From Octopus bimaculoides (taxonomy: Eukaryota), in contig NC_068984.1 of NCBI RefSeq assembly GCF_001194135.2, forward strand, positions 115,800,730 through 115,864,729: a stretch of DNA of 64,000 nucleotides, read 5' to 3'. Under the pieces are notes generated by a model that worked only from the letters and a program-made list of their open reading frames with translations, was not told the DNA's origin and did not search any database. The stretch's first letter is position 1. Each line of letters opens with the position of its first letter. A program made the translations under genes and the position numbers. Below, piece by piece: positions 56,040 to 64,000 of the stretch.

Positions 56040-56908
56040 CGAGGTGCGTTCCAGAATTTTTGAGACTTTCTTTTTGTAGAAGTAGTTATAGCTGTGCTAC
56101 TTTATTGTTATTTTAGTATATCATTGCTATACGTCTACTAAGCTAACCGGCCAGCAAGTTTTCTGTCTCGGATTGAAGGAGACATCTGTAACAGCGTTTT
56201 GAACACAACCTACTAGACACAGCTTGTCATAGTTGACCAGTTTGCAGAATGCAGCAGTGACGTTTGGAAGCTCGCTATACAATAAAATAAAACAGCTACA
56301 GAATCTTATGAAATGCTACAGACTGCTTGAGCAGTCTCAAATGCTCTAGACTTGTTTGAGCCGAGCATCTGTGTTTCGCTGTCACAAGAGGCCAGGCATG
56401 GCAAGGTGACTAGGAAGTGTATGGGTATCCTATTTTTCGACAGCAAGGATACCATCTATATCGACTGGCTTTCCTCTGGTAAGTCGGCCAACAAAGAATA
56501 TCTTGTGGGGGTTTTGAATGAGTTCAGGAAGAGATTTCGTCGCAAAAGGCCTGCTGCTTGCTCTAGTATAATACACGAGTCCACAATTCCATGCTTGTAA
56601 CTAAATACTTGACAGAGATGAACATCAACATTTTTCTTACCCTCCCTACAGAACAGATCTTGTTCCCTGTGATTTTGGTTGTTCTTTAATCTGAAGCGGG
56701 AAGATGGAAAAGGCTGTGAAAAAAGTTCTACACACCTTGACTTTGGCCAACTCCCATGGTGGCCTTCTCGAAATAACTGGAGAGCTACGACAAATTCATT
56801 GAAGTCAGAGCATTCTATTTTGAAGGAGATTAGAGTTTTGTACTTTTTCGAAATTAATAAATGTTTCTCCTGAAAATGTCTCAAATCTCCTGGAATATAA
56901 CTTATTCG
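56040..56908 (+). mobile_element. Internally deleted mariner (DD34D-type) transposon
   Basis: KCMGILFFDSKDTIYIDWLSSGKSANKEY..FRRKRP and PYRTDLVPCDF (YSPDLAPxDF-like); imperfect TIRs CGAGG..TTCCAG..TTTGAGAC; 3' TA. Confidence 0.85.
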
Positions 56909-57874
56909 TACATTTTAATTAAAACAGTCCCATACAAAGCATTTAATTTCGTTGGAGAATATCATAAGGAATAAATATTTGCAGCGTAAAATGCATTTGT
57001 ACCAATACTTTCAGGGCCATCAGTTTTAAGAAAATGTGTTAGTCGATTAGATCAACCTCAGGACTAGATTCGCACTCTATTTTGTTTCTATTGACCCTGG
57101 AAGGATGAAAGTCAGCAAGTAACAACGGTGGGATTTGCAGCACAAAATACAACCATGTAAACAGTGGAAACAAATACCGCAAAGATTTTTTACAGCACTT
57201 TCGACTCTATCATTACACCAGCTTCGTATTTAAGCAAATAATAAACGAGGATGAGGATGATAGAATTAGGGAAAGGAGTGAAAGAATGCAAATGAGTATA
57301 TGATGGTAGAACATAAAATGGTAGAACAATGTTAATGAGAATGTATCTGTGATAGAGTAAGAGAAAATATCAAATGAGTTGGAAAGTGTATATATGGATT
57401 CAGCAATAGGTACGTGATGGTAGTTCAATTATTTTCGTCGATGTTAAAGGGGGAGGATAATGATGATGATAATCATGATGACCACGATGATGATGAGGGT
57501 GAGGAGGATAAGGAGAATGAGGACGAGGAGGAGAGGAATTAGAAGAATGATATTGAAGAGGTTGAGTGATAAAATACTGATTGATTAAGCAAAGCCATGT
57601 GAGGAACTATGGCAGATGAATGACTCCTTAAGTTTTTATTTTATATGGCTGTGCGGGTAGGAAGTTCGCATTGAAGCCATCTGTGTGTTTCGTTCCTCCC
57701 GTCCAAGATCTAGTGGTTCGAGAGAAGCTGGTCAATAGAGTACGTAACAGAGTCAAAACAAGTCTACTTGTTCCACTAAAAGCTCTAGGGTGGTGTTCCA
57801 GCACAGCCGTAGAAACACAGACTGAAACAACTGAAAAACTACACTAAATATAACAATATTCACACTCACACATA

Positions 57875-57904
57875 TCTATATCTATATATAAAAATGAGAA
57901 TGTG

Positions 57905-57944
<40 letters not shown>

Positions 57945-57945
57945 G

Positions 57946-57987
<42 letters not shown>

Positions 57988-58922
57988 GTGAATCCCTAAT
58001 ACTCGAGAACTACGCAACCAATTTCATTCAAATTTTACACATGCNNNNNNNNNNNNNNNNNNNNNNNNNNNNNNNNNNNNNNNNNNNNNNNNNNNNNNNN
58101 NNNNNNNNNNNNNNNNNNNNNNNNNNNNNNNNNNNNNNNNNNNNNNNNNNNNNNNNNNNNNNNNNNNNNNNNNNNNNNNNNNNNNNNNNNNNNNNNNNNN
58201 NNNNNNNNNNNNNNNNNNNNNNNNNNNNNNNNNNNNNNNNNNNNNNNNNNNNNNNNNNNNNNNNNNNNNNNNNNNNNNNNNNNNNNNNNNNNNNNNNNNN
58301 NNNNNNNNNNNNNNNNNNNNNNNNNNNNNNNNNNNNNNNNNNNNNNNNNNNNNNNNNNNNNNNNNNNNNNNNNNNNNNNNNNNNNNNNNNNNNNNNNNNN
58401 NNNNNNNNNNNNNNNNNNNNNNNNNNNNNNNNNNNNNNNNNNNNNNNNNNNNNNNNNNNNNNNNNNNNNNNNNNNNNNNNNNNNNNNNNNNNNNNNNNNN
58501 NNNNNNNNNNNNNNNNNNNNNNNNNNNNNNNNNNNNNNNNNNNNNNNNNNNNNNNNNNNNNNNNNNNNTAGCTGGTCTTCTCTTGGAAGAGCCCTGCTTC
58601 TCACATGGACAATTGTATGTTGGCTGCTCAAGAGTGGGCAGCAACAAAAAACCTATTTGTATATTCTCCACAAGGGAAAACAAGGAACATAGTTTACAAT
58701 GAGGTGTTATAATCACAACAGCAAGAAAGTATGTACATGATCACCTTCTTTTACGAAACTTCATTGACTTTCATATATTTATATTGATATACATATATAT
58801 ACGTGTGTTTGGGTGCGTGTGTGTATATACATCTCTATATATAAAGATGATGCGTAGTCTAGACGGCGTTTTTAGATTTCATTATTCTCTTTAACCCGGG
58901 CAACGCCGGGTATTTCTGCTAG
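57875..58922 (+). mobile_element. Helitron (5' TC end, (TCTG)n, gap, helicase C-terminus, hairpin plus CTAG)
   Basis: A|TCTATA..AAAATGAG start; 58571-58712 GLLLEEPCFSHGQLYVGCSRVG + frameshifted NLFVYSPQGKTRNIVYNEVL*; hairpin CCCGG-GCAACG-CCGGG 58895-58910; CTAG|T at 58919-58922. Confidence 0.85.
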
Positions 58923-59126
58923 TATGCAATAAAAGTTGCTTAGTCTGATCACTTAGGCACGAAGTTCTTTTGATCAAAATAGCTCTGATAAACGTTATCG
59001 ACTGTCTGTATGTGTACGTGTGTGTCTACATATGTGTGAGTGTGTGCGTGTGTGTGTGTGTGTGTGCGTGTGTGTGTGTGCATGTGTATTGCATATATAT
59101 GTGTATGTAAATTGTATGTATATATA

Positions 59127-59462
59127 CAGTGGCGAAGAGGCCAGGTTGCCAGCTTGCCCGATGGCAAGTGGGTCCATGCGCCATCAGAATCCATATATGG
59201 GACCCCATTTTAGTACCTAAGGGGCTCATCCCCTCAAGTTTGAGAATTTTTTATTCACTCCTGGAGGAATGCCTTAATTATTTCAGCCTGATTGTGTTTG
59301 TAGACATGAAAAGAATACTTTTAACAAAAAAAAAAAAAGAAAAAAAATTAAATGATAGTTGTAGTTGCAGGTAGGCCCCCTTATAGCTGCGGGTGGGTTC
59401 CCTTGTAGTTGCGTGTAGATCCCCTTAGTCTCCTGGTAGCCAATATTGTAGACCTAGTCCGC

Positions 59463-59467
<5 letters not shown>
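59127..59467. mobile_element. hAT-like MITE in (TA)n
   Basis: Ends CAGTGGCGAAGAGG / CCTAGTCCGCCACTA; TATATATA on both flanks. Confidence 0.65.
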
Positions 59468-59511
<44 letters not shown>

Positions 59512-60231
59512 TGTCCTGGCTATTAAATGTTCGAGTACTGCGGTAGCCCATTGTTCTTTTGTTAGACGCTTTGTCATTAGCCATCAAAATTCGAATATTG
59601 CGTAAAAACAGTTTGTGTATACTGTTTCTTTACAAAGACATAATGCAGTATAAATTCCTGTTTCAGTTTTGTCACATGTTTTCTTTTTAGCTGCTGTCGA
59701 ATGCATCACTCTCATTTACACATCAGATATATTTATTAAGATATTCTTTCATACAAAGTACATTGACTTGCTGTTATATCATAAACCGTGTTACATTTCG
59801 GACTGTACTATTGAATGTCGTGTTAAACATAAGTTTACTGTGTTTTTTCAAACACTCTACCTATTATCATGAAGTGTAAACGAGTGAATTCTGCTATTAC
59901 GTACATGTAATGCAATGTCTAAAGAAGAAGAAATTTATAAATTTATAGGATTGGAATAGAAATTAGCAATAATTATCAAGCTTAAAAGTAGTGTTATCAA
60001 AAGCTGAATTAGTCCTAGATAGCCTACAATATCGGTGAATCACGTGTGCAATTATTCGTAACAGGAAGGTTTATAAAGGAGAGGGACACAGTGCTACACC
60101 ACCTTTGAATTTCCAAACAAGAAACCGGAGTGATGTGATGATTGAAGATGCAGATCTTTTGTTAACATAGATCGAAGATTGCAATCAAATATTTATTGCA
60201 ACCTTTCTGCAGCTTCTTATTCTCAATACAG

Positions 60232-60332
60232 AAATTTTAAAAGATCTAACACTCACAAATTTATAAAATCCAAGTCCACGCTGTTCGATTTCTTAAATAG
60301 GGTTTGTAATGATTGCATGAAGATTTATCGAG
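60232..60332 (+). CDS. Candidate exon encoding a CHH/ITP-like Cys motif
   Basis: Acceptor cttcttattctcaatacAG, 101-nt open frame NFKRSNTHKFIKSKSTLFDFLNRVCNDCMKIYR, consensus donor AG|GTAAGT. Confidence 0.35.
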
Positions 60333-60548
60333 GTAAGTACTGAGAAATAATGCAATTATTTCGTAGTTTTTATTGTTTTTTATAAGGCAGAATCTTCAAC
60401 TTTCTTTTGTATTAAAGTACTAGCGATAGATTCCTGTGGTGTACCAACTCTGTAGAAAGGGAGATGGTAAGCGTATTTGTGCAATAGAAAGAGAAAGACT
60501 GTGATACAAAGAGAGCGTGAGTCATAGAGAGATAGAGAGAGTGTATGT

Positions 60549-60580
<32 letters not shown>

Positions 60581-60870
60581 GAGAGTGAGTAACTGGGAAA
60601 GAGAGATAGATAGATAGATAAATAGATAGATAGATAGATAGATAGAGAAAGAGATTGAAACGAAAGCTATTGATATTGGCGTTGGTAGCTAATATTATTA
60701 AAGTAATGCGGTTAGATGTTGTACTGAAGTTCCAGTCATTTGCAAAATGTATTTAATGCACTTCCTTATAAACACAGACACACACGCTCACACACACCCA
60801 TGCACACACATGTACACACACACATAAACGCGCGCGCACACACACACACACATACACGAACACATATGTA

Positions 60871-60913
<43 letters not shown>

Positions 60914-61419
60914 GTTTTAGGGAAAATAACCAAGTTTCAAGAACTCATCGATGAAAATCCACTATCACATATAGAAAAATTAATAATTAAAAGCATAATA
61001 AATGAGTATAATATATATTTTATATATATTTTATCTATAAAGCTCAATTTAATTTTAATTTTTTATAAATTGATTTTAATTGAGTTTTTACCTGTAATTT
61101 GGGATTTTGTCCCTAATATTATTATATATATATATATATATATATGTACAAAACTTGAAAACAACATTAAAATGACAATTTGATCTTTAATACTTGGTTG
61201 CTGTTTCTCATTAAACCGTGGAATACCCACAGGGCCTTTTAGTACTTTATATTTACCTATAGAGATAGATTGCATGCGTGTAACAGATTCAAAGACCGAT
61301 CATCTTCAAATCAAGGGCTACCGGCATGCTTTCAGCAGTTAAATTAAAGGAGAAATAAACAAGAGGAAACAAAAAATATATATTGAAATTTTGTATACCT
61401 TAATACAGTTAAAAACAAT

Positions 61420-61900
61420 TTTGGAATCCATACAGTTAGGGATAGTAGATGAAAATGTAAGTGCGGATGATACTGCTGCAGTTAGATATTGTACTGAACT
61501 GTTAAATAAATATTAAACCATTTGGTTACGTGATATTGACAAAACAGGGTTATTTGGGAAACGATTCATCAGTACAAGTGATATGGCGTAGGAAAGAACA
61601 TTGAAACCGAGGTTGGAAAGGACTAATGAATTAGTTGAGTTGCATGATGTGGATGTCAATGATAAAGACGTTTTAAATTAAGGGCAGCGAAGGGCACATT
61701 GTGAAGATGATGGCAAAAAGGGAACAGAGGAAACTTGAGACGCGAGCCGAAAGATATTCAATTAAAGAACTGAAGGCAATAATTCTAAAATGTTAGAAGA
61801 TACAAAGCAAATTATAACGAAGGCGGATCCAATTTGTTGAGAAGGAGTTATAGAAGTTTGGAAAGAAAGAAGTACTCTCTACTGCAATGGGTCATGCATA
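61420..61900 (+). pseudogene. Tigger/pogo-like transposase relic
   Basis: SADDTAAVRY and DIDKTGLFGKRF resemble ASADxxAA..F and NxDETGLFWKR; downstream ELVELHD..EADP resembles the Tigger C-terminus. Confidence 0.55.
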
Positions 61901-63392
61901 AAAGGGAAGATCAATAACAAAATTCGAAGCAAATATCGCTTTTACAGTACTTGAACAACGTTTTCCGCATGTCTTTAATAATACTAAAAAACTCAAATCT
62001 TTATCCAATCCGTTACCTGCGTTCTTATTTATATCGGTTCTCATACAACAAGCAAAGTAACTAGTTAGAAAATCTCAATAAGAGATGAAATTAGTAACTA
62101 TACTGAGAAATAATGCTTATCGCCACATCAATATGGCTGTTCGACGTTACTACCGTTTTAACAAGTAGGGTTTTTCAAGAATTAAAAGCCTAGCCGTCAT
62201 TCGACAATTTTACATTACACTTCGGTACTCAAATTCTGTAGTGTTCTTTAGTCACTTTTGCCACCGTGTGTTGTAAGCAGGGTACTCGAACGCGTGCGTG
62301 TAAAAATCGAAATGGTGCACGGAAACAATAAACAGCAAAGGACAAATTAGACATGGTCAGCCATGGAGACCAGAATCTTCACCCTCTCGGCACATTTAAT
62401 TTCTAAAGTCTTTGCATTCTATGGAACTATTCCTCAGACTGCGCCAATAAAATTTCATATCACTGAATTTATTCGCGTTACACAAACAGGACTAACAATG
62501 TACGTAACAACAAAATGCAAGGGAAACAGGAAAACCCCGGATATTTACATCTAAAATAGTTAAATTGAATGCGTATACACACGCACACACACACACATTA
62601 ATATATCTTTTACATTTGACGTATGGCAGGTTTTGTAAGCACTTAATTTTACACTCAGTGAAAGTATCTACTTACATTGGTAACTACATTAAAACCCATT
62701 CCTTGCCCCTTGAAAATGTCCATGAAACTTTTACTAAGGGCGTGTGGGGGGTGATCAACGCAGTTGTATGATACGCTCAATCCATCATCTCAGTGCAAGT
62801 TGATGCTGGAATTAGCGAAATTAGTTTTAAGTGATTCAGAATATACAGGCCAACTAGATTGCATAAGTCAACGTTATCTTAATACACATCAAGTCATCAA
62901 ACAGATCCACAGATTTAGATTTCTTGATTCAGGTTTGGTTTTACGTGCATACGAGATTAACACAATCTCAGCTTCATGAATGCTTACACGAATACTAAGA
63001 AATTTTATGAACGTAATCTGTGGATGTTTAGATATCAGTAAGGAGAAGTACACAACATCGACTTGTCATTGGAGCTGTAGCCTTAATTCTGGCTTTGAGC
63101 GAACTGCTAACCGTGTTACTGCTAGTTCATTGCTTTAAGCTCAGTTATAATCGTGACGTTGTTATTTATATATCTTAGCAGTTTTGCAAATATGAATAAC
63201 CTATAGGAAATGCCTAAAAATGAAATATGAAATATTCATTGGATGTAATCACGTTGATAAATTTATACAAATATACAAAACTAGTACAAAATTCTGTCGT
63301 TGCTAAACTATCGTCTACTTCGATAGACACTCGGAAATTAACGTTTCTCAGATTTCCTTACGCATATTTGAGAGTGATTTTTGTATTGGACG

Positions 63393-63468
<76 letters not shown>

Positions 63469-63559
63469 ATATACATATATTCTTTATTCTTTTCCTATTT
63501 TCTTTTATGCGCTTTACCCATGGGATTGCAGTTATGCTGGAGCACCACTGTTACTATGT

Positions 63560-64000
63560 ACCCTTCCTACAGTTTTTTTTATGTGGTCGATTTCTTTTCG
63601 GTAGTGGGATTTCTTATCACCATTCTTTTACTTCATATTTTTCTTGGTTGTTGACACATTTGGTGTACGATAGTGTGCTTTCGTCTGTACTTCATGTCTG
63701 AATGTTGGCTCGTCTGTTATCGTTGATGGGAAAATTTCCAATTTCTTTTGGAAGACGTCCACATTCACATTATGTTGCTTCCTTAAGTTTTGTGACAGAA
63801 CATTGAAGAGCAGTGGGTTTTTGAATCTTAAGCTTTTGCAGTTCATGGTCTCACTTTAGATGGAGTCAACGGTACATTTCGTACTACGTAGTGGCGTCCA
63901 GTGAGGGGACTTGTATATAAATCTTAATACCGAAGTTAGGTACGAACTCTTCCAGGATTTTTCACATGTAAATTATCAAATATCTCCCGAGCTTTTGCTC
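63560..64000 (-). pseudogene. CR1/L2-group LINE 3' relic, running off the window
   Basis: RYLIIYM*KILEEFVPNFG..TGRHYVV..SLRFKNPLLFNVL..DVFQKKL..TDEPT. Confidence 0.65.

Noticed and set aside
16401-58716. Long ORFs in the track (16401-17390, 18527-19345, 24093-24870, 50480-51530, 57894-58716, etc.)
   Set aside because: They are open only because they run through N-gaps and microsatellites
60700-60756. FAKCI as the last CHH-like exon
   Set aside because: Cys spacing and splice phase do not fit, and the segment resembles the Tigger relic at about 61480
14986-62930. Several possible micro-exons (14988-15017, 16082-16105, 36949-36978, 37223-37257, 62660-62930)
   Set aside because: Splice-like signals with short open frames are expected by chance in AT-rich DNA; no recognisable protein or consistent phase chain

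Overview
AT-rich eukaryotic intronic/intergenic DNA from a gapped short-read assembly. The SINE families and microsatellite load look like an octopod cephalopod; this is inferred from remembered repeat families. No intact host gene can be assembled, and the long ORFs in the track are artefacts of N-gaps and microsatellites. The window is a layered transposon graveyard. It holds at least four tRNA-headed SINE families (over 30 copies, often clustered or inverted) and three R4/Dong-like RLE LINEs abutting trinucleotide repeats, one nearly full length (39.5-43.3 kb). There are also relics of CR1-group, RTE-like and Tx1/L1-like LINEs, a Penelope-like GIY-YIG relic, two hAT transposase relics, two mariners, a Tigger/pogo relic, Helitron pieces and several MITEs. 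Most interesting: (1) a spliced-looking segment at 60.2-60.5 kb matching the CHH/ITP neuropeptide Cys core; (2) a 586-bp GG-terminated MITE with an 8-bp TSD and a (CCCTAA)3-(TTAGGG)6 telomeric palindrome near its centre; (3) a tRNA-like fold-back joined to a Penelope-type minimal hammerhead; (4) a 91-bp candidate mini-Helitron.
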